A stretch of 64,000 bases of DNA from Octopus vulgaris (GCA_951406725.2 OX597825.1:33356001-33420000), one strand, 5' to 3'; shown: positions 36,770 to 49,935, counted from the stretch's first letter. Notes: a model not told the origin generated them from the letters alone. Numbers and translations are program-made.

Positions 36770-39700
36770 AGCCAGTGTCTCTTATATTTGTACTGCAAAT
36801 CAACCATTTGACATAAACATTTAAAACAACCATTTTCAGAATAACTCAAAATAGATTTTAAATTTCTTCTCTTCATTACCTACACGTATATAATGAAAAT
36901 AAGTCAGAGAGAGTCATGATTGAAAAATACATAAACCAAATATATTTTTCTCCCTTTGTTTTTTATATTTCATACCTGTAATAATAAACATGCTTATATG
37001 TAAGAGTATGTGTGATGATATAATAGTGTTGATGATATGAAGTTTTGGCAGTGTTGGAAATATGGCTTGTATTTGTGGCTCATCAACTATCTTGCATCAA
37101 TATTTAAATTAAATAAACAAGAGCTATTTTCAAAATAGCTCAAAATAGATTTAAGACATTTATTTGTTCATTAGCTACACATATATAAGGAAAATAAACC
37201 AGTGGCAATCTTGCATAAAAAAGATACACAAATCAAAATATATTTTTCTACGTCAGTTTTTCTTTTCTATCAGTTTATTAACCTGTAATTGATAGCATAT
37301 TTGTTATGTAAGAGTGTTATGATATATAAAAGTAAATATTCCATTTTTATTTGTTTGAAAATATTTTTACTTGCTTCACTTTATTTGCAGAATGTTTTTA
37401 GAAGTGTGTCTTGGATTTGTAGCTTCGATCAACACCTGATATAATTCTTAAAATGAAGCTATTTTCGAATAGCTCAAAATAGATTTTAAAAGGATTGGCT
37501 TTTAATCATCCATACACATTTTATAAAAGGAAACAGAGCCAGAAGGATTCTTGAATAAAGAAGAAAAATAAAAGAAGAAGAAAAAAAACAAATAATTTTT
37601 CCATGTTATGATGTCACTAATGTTATTATTGTTTTTGTTTAGTAAATTCTTTATTACAAGCACAAGGCCTAAATACAGAGAGGACATACACACACCAAGT
37701 CAACCTGATCAAGGAAAACAGCAATCAAAGGCATTCCAGTTGTGACCATTCCACCTCTTGAACATCTAGGATTACATTATCCAATGTATCTTAACTTTTT
37801 CTTATTAACGACTTTGAGGATGAAGTGCAATGCTCATTATAACCTTTTCATAAGATCTCTGATAAAAGTGATAAAGGGGAAAGGAAGAAAGGAAAGAAGA
37901 AAGGAAGGATGTATTCAATCTCTGTATGTCTTGTGAGACTATCAATCTACATCCGGAAACTTTCTTTTCAAGGCATCGTCCAAGGAAAGGTTTATGGAAG
38001 ACCAGAAGTTGACAGAGCAAGCAAGTACCCACTCACTACGGCACCTTTATCATCCAAGAAGAGGCAATGACTGAAACAGTTTGGCGCCATTGTTATTGCA
38101 AGTATTCTTGTCATAAGGTGGCGAACTGGCAGAAATGTTAGCACACCAAGCGAAATACTTAGCAGTATTTCATCTGTCTTTACATTCTGAGTTCAAATTC
38201 AGTTGAGATTGACTTTACCTTTCATCCTTTCAGGGTTGATAAATTAAGCACCAGTTGTGTGGTGGTGGTGGTGGTGGTGGTGGTGGTGTTGATGAAGCAG
38301 AGGAAGAGAAGATGAAGGAGGACTTGATTTTAAGCTATTTGAATTTACTCTACTTTAAGAATATTTTAGAATTGTTATTGTTGTCTAGTTGCAGATCAGC
38401 TCTGATCCAGCAGAGCTGCAATAACAAGTATTCCAGCCATTGTCTATTCTATCTTTTTTCATGCACACTGTATCTTAGAACTACAACATGAGTCCTGATT
38501 TTGAGATGGTAGGATATGATCCGAGCGAGTCTTGGCTGCTATTTCTAGCATCATGAATGACCATGCAAAGACTAACTTGTCAGCTGGTTTTTTTTTTAAC
38601 CTGCATTCAGGTTACTCTGTCAAGTATAATGTTTATTTATTCACATTGTGTTGAATTATTTATGCATTATCTCATAGCTTCAAGATTTCAATTATATGAT
38701 TGTTGATTCTTAGAATGACATTGTAGGGAAGGTGTAAGAGGCTGGATCTGACCAGTTTGAACATACAACAGGTAGAATATTCTGGCCAGATATAGCCAGT
38801 TTAAATGCTAAAAGGTTAACAGCACACCTTGTACTTGTATTACAAATCAATCACTTGGCATCATTTTAAAAATTAAATAAATAACAGCCATTTCCAAAGT
38901 AAGCAAAACAAGAATTAAAAGATTTAACTTTTCATTATCCATACAATATCAGTAAAATAATTCAGAAGGAAAGGAATCAAATTAAAATTTTCATTAAAGA
39001 AAATACAACCTAAATCATTTTCCTAGTTCTTATTTAATTTTTAATTTTTTTATCTGCTATCATTTATCTTTATGGAGTAATGAACATATTAATTTTGCAT
39101 GATTAAGTGTCCATGATAACATTGAAAATACTGACTTTTGAATTTGTTTTAAAAAGATTTTAATTTACCTCAGGTTTTATTATGAGTGTTTTTGAAAGTG
39201 AGTCTAGTATTTATATCTCAGATCAACTACCTGACATCATTCTTTAAATGAAGCAAATAACAGCTATTTTCAAAATAACTCGAAATAGAAGTAAAAGGTT
39301 TAGCTTTTCATTATTGTGTGGATAATGAAAAAGCTAAACCTTTTAAATCTATTTTGAGCCATTTTGGAAATAGCTGTTGTTTGTTTAATCTAAAGATCTT
39401 TTTCGAGTTTATTATACAAATAAAATAAACCTGACACATTCAGGTGGTGGATTACCAGAACTGCCAGAATGGCAAACAAAATTACTTGCAGTATTTAGTT
39501 ATGGCCATCTATATTCTGAATTCAAATCCTACTGAAGTTAATCATCAACATTTTAATATCCACTTTTCCATGTTCGCAATGGTACAATTTTGGTACAGGG
39601 CCAGCAGTTTTAGGATAGTTGATCTCATCAGTCCCCTTTCAACTGCTACTTATTCTATCAACCCCACAAAAGAATGAAAGACAGAGTTGAACTCAAGATG

Positions 39701-40510
39701 TAAAGAGTCTGAAAAAATGCAGTTAAGCATTTTGTCCTATGTGCTATAGATTCTGCCAGCTCAACACCTTATGCATGGAATTATAACTGTTTAAGATTTT
39801 TTGGCATGAGGCTAGTAATTTTTGAAGGAGGAGGTAAGTTGGTTACGTTGACATCAGTGCTCAATTAGTACTTGTTTTATCAACCTCAAAAAGAAGAAAG
39901 GCAAAATCAACCAGTAGAATTTGAACCCAGAACATGAAGAGCTGGAAGAAACACTGATAAGCATTTTGTCTGACTTGCAAACAGTTTTACCAGCTTATCA
40001 CTTTTATGAATGGAATTATAATAAACAAGATTACATCTAATTCTTCATGGAAAGAAGAAATTAAATTCATAATGTTTTCTTCAGTCAATATTTTCAATAT
40101 GGCTTTCTCAATTAGAGGAGGAAGGGCAGACCTCCTGACCCATTTCAGGGAACCTGTGACTGGTGAGAGGAAGAGAGAAAGTTATCCTCCTCATATGACC
40201 AAACCCAAATGCTTGCAGCAGAGTGGTGTCCACTAAAGCCATGAAAAACAGAAGCACGAAACCAATAACAGAGTAAGCCTACTTTATCAACAAGTAATAA
40301 AAATAGACATTTATTGCATAAGAGTAAGTTTTGTAATAGAATAGCAAATATACAATTTCGGAATAAAATGGTTTAACTTTTTATTGTGGATAATGAAAAA
40401 CTAAACCTTTTCAGTCTGTTTTGAAATCATTTGGAAAATAACTGTTATTTATTTAATCCAAAGATTATTGTCTACTTCATTATACAAATAAATAAAATAA
40501 GCCAGACAAA
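36770..40510. repeat. Degenerate local tandem array (290-370 bp units) with inverted copies
   Basis: Motif gctattttcaaaatagctcaaaatagattt recurs at about 36828, 37120, 37457, 38885 and 39262; inverted at about 39345 and 40415. Confidence 0.8.
38596..38819. mobile_element. TTAA-flanked (piggyBac-type) MITE
   Basis: ttaacct.gcatt ... aatgctaaaaggttaa; partial copies at 29251 and 58857. Confidence 0.7.
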
Positions 40511-40561
40511 ATTAGATGGTTGATTGATAGAAAAAAAAAAGATTCATTTTCATTACACTCC

Positions 40562-40725
40562 TACTCCTCGTCCTCCTCTACCACCATCACCACCACCACC
40601 ACAGCCATCACAGCCGCCACCACCACCACCACCACCACCACCACAGCCATCACAGCCGCCACCACCACCACCACCGCTGCCGTCACAACCGCCACCACCA
40701 CCACCACCACCACCACCACCACCAG
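40562..40725. repeat. (CAC)n-rich microsatellite
   Basis: Direct reading. Confidence 0.95.
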
Positions 40726-41187
40726 TGCTGCTTCCACCTCACAACTATCACGACCATCACTAATGTATTTTTTACATCTGCTTTTCACACTTGTATGGGT
40801 TGGACAGGTCATCATGATCTAAGTCAGTTCTTATACAGAGTTGCTATCCTCTTCCTAGCCAGGCCAGAGAACCATGTCTGACTCTTCTGTTCAATTTTTG
40901 ACCCGGTTTCTCTGGCTGGATTTCCTTTTCTAAATGTCAACCACTTTGCAGAGTGAAAAGGGTACTGTAGGGAGGTTATCATATTCTTAGCAAAATTAAA
41001 GGATCCTCTCAACCACATATTGTCATTGTTTGTTTATCAACCACTTCACAGTGCAATGTATGCAATTTATGTGGCACCAGCACCATAACTACATCAATAC
41101 TTGATGTTCTGCTGTATCAAGTTTGGGAGAGTTGAGAGAGAATCTATGTCAGCTAGCCTGAAATAACTAGCAAAAGCATAGGACATA

Positions 41188-41402
41188 TTCTTTTCTATTC
41201 TATACACAAGGCCCGAAATTTTGGGGGAGTGGCCAGTCGATTAGATCAACCCCAGTATGCTACTGGTACTTAATTTATCAACCCCAAAAGGATGAAAGGC
41301 AAAGTCAACCTCAGCAGAATTTGAACTCTGAACGTAAAGACAGATGAAATACCGCAAAGCATTTTGCCTGGCATGCTAACGTTTCTCCCAGCTCACCGCC
41401 TC
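41188..41402 (-). mobile_element. SINE family B, full length
   Basis: Head ggcggtgagctgg through tail tagaatagaaaaagaat. Confidence 0.9.
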
Positions 41403-41759
41403 CCAAGCATAGAACATATTACCAGGTCATACTTGCTAGTGAGTAACAGGTATCTTTTATCTTTTTTATCTCCTGCTTATTTCAGTCATTAGACTGCAGC
41501 CATGCTAGGACACCACCTTGAAGAGTTGTGGTTGAACTTATTGACTTCAATATTACTTTTTGTAAAGCCTGGTACGTATTTTACTGGTCTCTTTTGTTGA
41601 ACCACTAAGTTGTGGGGATGTAAACACATCAACATCAGTTGTCAAGTGGTAGTGAGGGACATACATACATGCATTCATACATTCATACATGCATGCAAAT
41701 ATGCATACATACATTCATACTGCATGCCCCTCATCCTCTTGCAGGTTTTTCAAGGCTTG

Positions 41760-42572
41760 TTTCAACATCATACTGAAAAATAAAACAGAGTTGAGCTAGA
41801 ATGTAACCTTGTTTCACACCATTGATGATTTGGAAAGGCTGGAACTGGGCATTCCCATGTTTGACTCAACCAAACTGCTCACTGTAAAGCTGAGTGAGGG
41901 ACTTTGGTGAGCAGCAATTTTTTCCAGAATTTACTACTGCTTCTTTCTGCTTACCATATCAAATGCTTCAATCTGATTGAAGGTAATGAACAGACCTCTG
42001 CTTTGTTCACAACATTTATTCTGGAGCTTCCTCAAGACAAACACTGTGTTCTTGTATCCCTGGTCTGCTCTAAAACCACATTAGATCACAGAGAAATGGT
42101 TCTCAGCAATAGCAGGTCATAGTCTGTTGAGTAGCATTCAGGCCAGGATCTTTACTATGATAGAAAGCAGAAGAATGCCTCTGTAATTGGAGCAATCTAC
42201 CTTTTGTCCCTTGTTCTTATGAAGAGTGATGCTAATTACATTATGGAGGTCTAGAGGAAGTGTGCACTGCTCCCAGCAACTGATGAAGAATTCATGGCAT
42301 CTGGAGTGGAGGGAGGGACTGCGATTCATCCAAACTTCTGGAGAAGTGCTGTTGACATCTGGAGCTTTGGCAGTCTTCAGTAGCTTAATAGCTTGTATGG
42401 ATCCCAGAATGTTGGGGGCTTGTCAAACTTGTTTTTTCACAGGTAGCTATGGAATAGAGTCAATTGCTGCATCATGGACCATGTGGTTGGCACTAAAGAG
42501 ACTTTGAAAGTGTTCAGACCAGCTGACTAGGATGGAGTCCATGTTGCTTAGCAAGACCTTTCCATCTGAGCT
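41760..42572 (-). mobile_element. RTE/BovB-like LINE RT N-terminal fragment
   Basis: WSEHFQSL, KAPDVN, ITLHKNKGQKVDCSNYRGILLLSIIVKILA. Confidence 0.9.
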
Positions 42573-42896
42573 TCAGAGATAGTTCAACAATTGGTACAAT
42601 GGACCGTAGGATGCCTCACACACACACATGCTTGCACATGCATGCAAACCCATACACACATACGCACGTGCACACACACACACACACACACACACTGGCT
42701 TTTGTGGGAGCAACTGTCTTCGAAGACTCCTATTGTTGTTCTTTATGTTACTTGTCCTGTTTTTCATTTGTGTCTCTCATTTGTGTATTCAACTTATTTG
42801 TTTTCGTATTTCATGTTGTTTACAGTTTGTGATGTCCTGTACCCATATATGCATGTATATATATGTATGTATGTGTGTGAGTGTGTATGTGTGCGT

Positions 42897-43154
42897 GGAG
42901 GCGCGTGGCTTAGTGGTTAGGGTGTCAGCATCATGATTGTAGGATTGTGGTTTCAATTCCTGGACCAGGTGATGCGTTGTGTTCCTGAGCAAAACACTTC
43001 ATTTCACGTTGCTCCAGTCCACTCAGCTGGCAAAAATGAGTAACGCTGCGATGGACTGGCGTCCCATCCAGCTGGGGAACACATATGCCAAAGAAACAGG
43101 GAAACCGGGCCTATGAGCCTGGCTAGGCTTTAAAAGGGCGCATTTATTATTATT
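42897..43154 (+). mobile_element. SINE family C, full length
   Basis: A box gtggcttagtggtt, B-box-like ggtttcaattcc, core, (TTA)n tail. Confidence 0.88.
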
Positions 43155-43259
43155 GTATATATATACATATATATACATATATATATACCGGGGTAAACAC
43201 ATAAATGTGAAACAAGGTGGAAAAAAAGAGTACTCAAATACCAGTGGTAGAGTAATATG

Positions 43260-43419
43260 CTTTATTTAAAGCAGCAGAAAATTCAACAAAATCTGTTACT
43301 CTGAGTTTCTCGTTGCTGTTCATCAGACAGTTTTTGTTAGAATCAAAAACTGTCTGATGAATGGCTACGAGAAACTCAGAGTAACAGATTTTGTTGAATT
43401 TTCTGCTGCTTTAAATAAA

Positions 43420-43420
<1 letters not shown>
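43260..43420. ncRNA. Palindromic double minimal hammerhead ribozyme motif (PLE-type), one on each strand
   Basis: + strand ctgt-CTGATGA-atggctacga-GAAA-ctcaga-GTA^acag (43350-43387); mirror copy on the - strand; 77-bp arms. Confidence 0.7.
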
Positions 43421-43457
<37 letters not shown>

Positions 43458-44142
43458 TATATATATATGAAATGTTTCTTTACCCTTCTGATCTTAAGAC
43501 ACTTACCTCCCAATTTTTTCAAAAACAAGCTATGATGCATCAATTTTCTCATCACATCAATTGTCTTCTTATTAATATCTTTTCCCCCTGGTAACTTTAC
43601 CCCACCATTTTCTTAACTATTAATATTTTTCTCTTTCCCACATTTTCCAGTCTATTTATTCTTCATCACTACTAAGCATTTTGTTTTACTCTCTCGTTTA
43701 ATGTCTTCATGTGAGACAGTTGACTTCACCTGTTCCTCATAACAAAATAATACATTGTATCTTGCAAACTTCCAATATATAAAGCTAATCTGGAAACTAG
43801 AAATCAGCGATAATCTATATAATTTTCAATTAAATGCATTTTTGTTTGTTTTGTTCATTTAGGTAAAAATCTATGATGAGTTTTTAAATTAAATGTGGAA
43901 GCGAATATATTTGTGCGAATGTATTTATACAGAATTTAGAAATATAAATATTTAACTATTTTAAATCCATAAAAAAAAAAAATGCAAATTTGCATTTTTA
44001 GCAAACAGTTTCAAGAAATTTATTGTTCAAATAAACATAATCCTGCCATATATATATTTTCATGAACCAATGAGGGGAGCTTCTAGATGGTTGCTGGGGC
44101 TGGTAGAAATTGCAACTTAAGATATTTAATGCAAAGAACTAT

Positions 44143-44145
<3 letters not shown>

Positions 44146-44230
<85 letters not shown>

Positions 44231-44324
44231 CCATCACCATCATCATCATCATCATCACCATCACCATCACCATCACCATCATTATCATCACCATCATCAT
44301 CATCATCATCATCATCGTCATCGC

Positions 44325-44356
<32 letters not shown>

Positions 44357-44404
44357 CCATCACCATCACCACCATCACCATCATCATCATCATCATCATC
44401 ATCA
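44146..44404. repeat. (CAT)n/(CAC) microsatellite, expanded tail of a minus-strand RTE-linked element (44405-44660)
   Basis: Direct reading. Confidence 0.95.
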
Positions 44405-44692
44405 ATTGTCAATTTAACATTTAACATGAAAATATTATATGCCTGCATGGCTTGGACAAAGTTTATTTGGGGCAGATTTCCAGATGTTCTTCCTGTCGCT
44501 AACCTCCACATGTTTCCAAGCAAGGTAATATTTCCCCATGACCAGACATGGTCTTGCAGAATGCTGGAAATAGATGACACAGTTTGTATGATAGTAACAA
44601 TCATTTATTACTATTACATGATGTTAAAACAAGGAGATACAATCCCTGCCACACACATACATACAGATACGACAGGTTTCTTTCAGTTTCTT

Positions 44693-45682
44693 ATTTCTTT
44701 ATTACCTACAAGGGGCTAAACATAGAGGGGTAAAACAAGGACAGACAAAGTCAATTAGATCAACTCCAGTGCGTAACTGGTACTTAATTTATCAACCCTG
44801 AAAAGATGAAAGGCAAAGTTGACCTCAGTGGAATTTGAACTCAGAACGTAAAGACAGACGAAATACCTTTTTCTTTACTACCCACAAGGGGCTAAACACA
44901 GAGGGGACAAACAAGGACAGACAAACGGATTAAGTCAATTATATCGACCCCAGTGCATAACTGGTACTTATTTAATCAACCCCGAAAGGATGAAAGGCAA
45001 AGTTGACCTCACCAGAATTTGAACTACTGCTAAGCATTTCACCCGGCATGCTAACGTTTCTGTCAGTTTGCCACCTTTCAGTTTCTGTCTACCTAATCCA
45101 CTCACAAGGCATCAAATCCTTGTGAGCAGTTTTGGGAGACAGAAACAAAAGCCTGTCGTTTATTTATTCATTCATTCACTCATGTATGTATGTATGTATG
45201 GGGGATGCAGAGTTTATGTTTTCTTGTCTTAACATCGGGTCGTAGTAAAAGCCTGGGGCTATTGCAGAAGATACTTGCCCTAAGTGCTATGCAGTAGGAC
45301 TGAACTCAGAACTAGGTAATTGAGAAGCAAACTTCTTACCATACACACATGCCTACACCTGAAAATCTAAAAAGAAATAAATATTGATTTCAAATTTTGG
45401 AACAAGGCCAGTAAGTGCAAGCAAAGCAGTAAATCGATTACATTGACCCTAGTACTCAACTGGTACTTTTTTTTCTTTTCTACTCTAGGCACAAGGCCGG
45501 AAATTTTGGGGAAGGTGGGGGGGGGGGCAATCGATTAGATCAACCCCAGTACATAACTGGTACTTAATTTATCAACCCTGAAAGGATGACAAGCAAAGTC
45601 GACCTCGGCGGAATTTGAACTCAGAAAGTGAAGACAGACAAAATACCTGGCCTACTAATGATTCTGTTAGCTTGCCACCTTA
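44693..45682 (-). mobile_element. Cluster of nested SINE-B copies (plus SINE-A pieces)
   Basis: Repeated ctggtacttaatttatcaaccc..gatgaaaggcaaagt cores at about 44780, 44965 and 45560. Confidence 0.85.
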
Positions 45683-45719
45683 ATAGAACTGAATATTAGC
45701 AATAGAAGCAGTATCAATG

Positions 45720-46060
45720 CCAAATGATAATCTTTGTATCCCATTTACACATTGTTAGAATTCTAAATACTGTGGTATTTATTCTGAGACAATATCTCAT
45801 ATCGATGCATGGTTAGAAGGATATAAAGGCAGCCGTTTGTTAATCACACTGCTTCCATCACTGATATCTATTTTCTAATAAACCTTCTGGCTATTTGTAA
45901 CATCAGTGTCTGAGAAGCCACTGTAATTCTACATATCATTAACAATGAGATTCAGCTGGTTTGTGGCAAGCAGGCACCTCTTACTTAGGATGTGCATTAC
46001 ATTGAAATCACATGATATGACTGTTATGATCCTTTTATCAGAAGGTGCTTGTCTGCTAAT
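45720..46060 (-). mobile_element. Decayed AP-endonuclease domain of a LINE
   Basis: PSDKRII..CDFNV (GDFNA-like)..LNLIVN. Confidence 0.45.
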
Positions 46061-46087
46061 GATATATATATCTATATATATATATAG

Positions 46088-46120
<33 letters not shown>

Positions 46121-46292
46121 TGTATATATATATATATACATACATATATATATATATATATACATATAAATATATATAAAACTTACTTAGAAATGGATGC
46201 ATGATATTTGATCATATAATAATATAAATAATATATATATGCATATATACATACATGTACATACCTACATATATATATATGTATATACACAG

Positions 46293-46600
46293 GCATATAT
46301 GGGTACAGGATGCCAAAGATATGTGAACAACATGAAAAACATAAACCTGGAAAGAGAACTTTTTTTGAACAACAAAAGAAATAAATAGAGAAATGAGGCA
46401 GGAAACATAAAGAACAATCCCTTCACCAGTTGTCCCCTGTTTTATCTACCCACATTTCAAATGTTAGAACAATATGTGTCTTCATCAAAACAGTTATTTC
46501 CACAAAGCAAATTAAATAAAATTTGGGATTTGCAGAGAGTTAAAATGGTAACAAAAACAGGACAGTAAAAACAAACAGTAAGGGCTCTTAAACCATAACA
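46293..46600 (-). mobile_element. TA-associated small repeat (PLE-type); paralog at 42730-42852
   Basis: gcatatatgggtacagga shared in reverse orientation with 42835-42852; degenerate TTGATGA..GAAA motif on the minus strand. Confidence 0.5.
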
Positions 46601-47242
46601 AAGTGAAGTGGTGAATGCTGGAGAAACAAGCTTTGACAGGAGACAGGCAAAAATGTAGCATAAGGAAGAGAAAGAAAGATAGCTGCTGGTCACGTGTGAG
46701 CAACGAGAGAGACAGGGAAGAAGAGTGAGGGAAAGAGAGGGAGAGATAGAGAACGGTGAAGGGGATTAGAGAAAGAATTAGAGAAAGGGTGGGAGAGAAA
46801 AAAGAAAGAAGAGGAGTGAGGGAGAATAGAGATAGTGATAGAATAGTGATATCAGTGTCACAGAGAGGTTCTCTCAGGACAAATACCACTGTATTTGACT
46901 TTCTAACAATATGTCCACATTGAGTAGGATTTAAAAACTGTCATTGCAGAGAAAAAGTTATTATGTCATTAAAAGACAACATTAGATCAATGATGAATGT
47001 AATTTTAATGAGACAACTCTGGAATGTCTCAATCTTGTTTGTCGTCTTCAACAAGGTATAAACTTGGTCCAATAGAATAAGTGATAATGACATAAACAAG
47101 TGCTACTGTGCAGCACCTTAGGCGAGTATCTCCTACTACAACCCCAGGCTGATCAAAGCTTTGTGAATGAATTTTATGATGGAAACTGAAAGAAGCCTGT
47201 TATACATGTATGTGTGCATATGTTTGTTTGTGCATGTGTGTG

Positions 47243-47348
47243 TGTGTGTGCATACACATGAGTGTGTGTGCATACACATGAGTGTGTGTGCATACACATG
47301 AGTGTGTGTGCATACACATGAGTGTGTGTGCATACACATGAGTGTGTG
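47243..47348. repeat. 20-bp minisatellite (gcatacacatgagtgtgtgt) x5 inside a SINE-A internal tract
   Basis: Five identical units. Confidence 0.95.
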
Positions 47349-47748
47349 TGTGGGCATACATGCACATGTGTGCGAGTATGTGTGTGCATGTGTGTGTTCG
47401 TGTGTGTATGTATGTGTGTGTGTGTGTGTGTGGCTTTGAGCTTGTCTTTGTCCCCCCACCACCACCACTTGGAACTAGAATTCTGGTTTGTTAACATCCC
47501 TGTAACTTAGCAGATTGGCTAAAGAGACCAACAGAATATGTACCAAGCTTAAAAGAAAACTAATCACTGGCGTCGATTAGCTTGACTGAAAAACCCTTCA
47601 AGGCAATGCCCTGTCCATGACTGGAGTTCAATGACCGAAACAAGTAAAACATAAAAGACAAAACATAGATGCATAATTGATGAAATGATAACAAGCCAAT
47701 CCTTTAGAACAGAACAGCAAAGTTAGTTAATACAATAAAATTACTGCA

Positions 47749-47908
47749 GGCGCAGGAGTGGGTGTGTGGTAAATAGCTTCCTTACCAACCACATGGTTCT
47801 GGGTTCAGTCCCACTTCGTGGCACCTTGGACAAATGTCTTTCACTATAGCCTTGGGCCGACTAAAGCCTTGTGAGTAGATTTTGTAGATGGAAACTGAAA
47901 GAAGCCTG

Positions 47909-47954
<46 letters not shown>

Positions 47955-48174
47955 TTGTATATGTTTGTGTGTCGGTGTTTGCCCCCCTCAACATCACTTG
48001 ACAACCAATGCTGGTGTGTTTACGTCTCTGTAACCTAGCGGTTCAGCAAAAGAAACCGATAGAATAAGTACTAGGCTTACAAAGAATAAGTCCTGGGGTC
48101 GATTTGCTCGACTAAAGGCGGTGCTCCAGCATGGCCGCAGTCAAATGACTGAAACAAATAAAAGAGTAAAAGAG
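47749..48174 (+). mobile_element. SINE family A, full length
   Basis: All family motifs. Confidence 0.9.
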
Positions 48175-48394
48175 TATACCAACTTTGCCCTTGGTTTATT
48201 TAAGAGGAACTATAACAAAGATTGCTGTTAAGGGCATCACTTAAATGCTTATGTTCTAGTTGCAGGAACTTATACAGTATACACACTCACTGAATGTTAT
48301 TTCAAAAGAAATGCCATATGTCTGTATGGATTACATTTTGAAATAAATCAAATTGATTTCTTGTCAGGGGTGTCAGTGTCATTATCTTCCACCT

Positions 48395-48790
48395 CCTCAT
48401 CATCATCACTACTATACAGCTAATCATGGCACATGCCTCCACCCCAACAATCACCATTGCCGTCACTGCCACCACCATGACAACTGCTGCTACCAAAACC
48501 ACCATCACCACCGTAACTACCATCACCATCACCACCACCACCACCACTATCACCACCACTACCACCACCACCACCACCACTACCACCACCACCACCACCA
48601 CCACCACCACCACCACTGCTATCACCATCAATGCTACCAACACTACCACCACAACCACCATCACAACCATTACCACCATCACCTCTACCATAATCACCAC
48701 GACTACCATCATCTCTACCACCATCACCACCACCATAATTACAACCAACATCACTGCAACCACCACCACCACCACCACCATCACAACCAA
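48395..48790. repeat. Imperfect (CAC/CAT)n microsatellite
   Basis: Direct reading. Confidence 0.95.
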
Positions 48791-48824
48791 ATCAGCAACA
48801 GCCATAACCTAGTAATTTAATGAA

Positions 48825-49935
48825 CAGTGAAGGGTTTTCTGAAAGCATAGTAGCCAGAATACAATTAGAATGGAGAAAAATTGAGGAAGTTATTACGACT
48901 GATAACAAGGAAATTCTCTCCCTCCCTCTATTTCTCTCTCTCATACACTCTCTCTCAATCTCTCTCTCTATCTCTCTTTCCCTCTCTCTCTAAGTAAAGG
49001 GTAGGTTGTACAATACTTGTATATGAACTGTGATGCTGCATAGTAGTGAGATGTGGACACTAAAAGCAAAGTATATGTGAAGGCTGGAAAGAAATGAAGC
49101 AAGCACGATCTATTGCAGAGTTCCTCACCCTCCTTTGCACCACAGACTGGTTTCATGCAAGACAATTTCTCCACAGACCAGAGGATCATGGGTATAACAA
49201 AACACAATAAAATGCATAATTTATAATTTAATTAATACATGTATAATACATATAAAATATGTATATAATGTAAAAACGTCCTGCAGACTGCAATAATCAA
49301 TAAGACAGAGATTAAATTTAAAAATTCATTCTTTATGTTTGGCCCAGTATCAAACGATTGATGGCCCAGTTTGGGAGTGGCTCAGTATTGGGTTGTGGCC
49401 CAATGGTTGAGAACCCTTGGTCTATTAGATGTGTAATGTTAATGTGTATATATGACAAGTTCCCAAATGAGTTGGGAGAGGGCTGAGTATAAGATTAACC
49501 AGAGATAGTGTGCAAACATATAACGTGGCTCAGTATTGGGTTGTGGCCCAGTACTGGGCTGTGGCTTGATGGTTGAGAACCTTGGTCTATTAAATGTGTA
49601 ATGTTAATGTGTGTGAATGACAAGTTCCCAAATGAGTTGGGAGAAGGGCTGAGTATAAGAGGAACCAGAGAAAGTGGGCAAACATATAATGTATATGGAT
49701 GACGACTGATAGTCAAAGAAATACCAAGGACGTTGATGCGGAAGGAACAAGTGGTGGAGGAAGACCAAGGAAGATGCGGGGCAGAAGTGGTGAAGGATGA
49801 TCTCAGGGTGCTGAACTTCATGAATGGAGAAGATATATGGTGGGAAATTGACAAGTGTGTTGTGTAAGAGAGGACCAGTCCAACCTATGCAGGCATGGAA
49901 AAGCAGATGTAAAATTATAATGATAGTGATGGTGA
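48825..49935 (+). mobile_element. RTE LINE 3' part interrupted by (CT)n and a hAT MITE
   Basis: SESIVARIQLEW, SEMW..RLERNEAS, GGRPRKMR..VVKDDLRVLN, 3' ccaacctatgcaggcatggaaaa. Confidence 0.8.
49116..49419. mobile_element. hAT-type MITE
   Basis: cagagttcctcacc ... ggttgagaacccttg; degenerate 8-bp TSD atctattg/gtctatta. Confidence 0.75.

Noticed and set aside
37930-38100. Possible host exon (..QGIVQGKVYGRP..), also 40100-40230 and 6060-6185
   Set aside because: These match the C-terminal GxRxRGRP region of decayed RTE LINEs.
48302-48820. Mucin-like Thr-rich or His-rich ORFs (also 40520-40822)
   Set aside because: Imperfect (CAC)n is open in several frames on both strands, with no splice or signal context.
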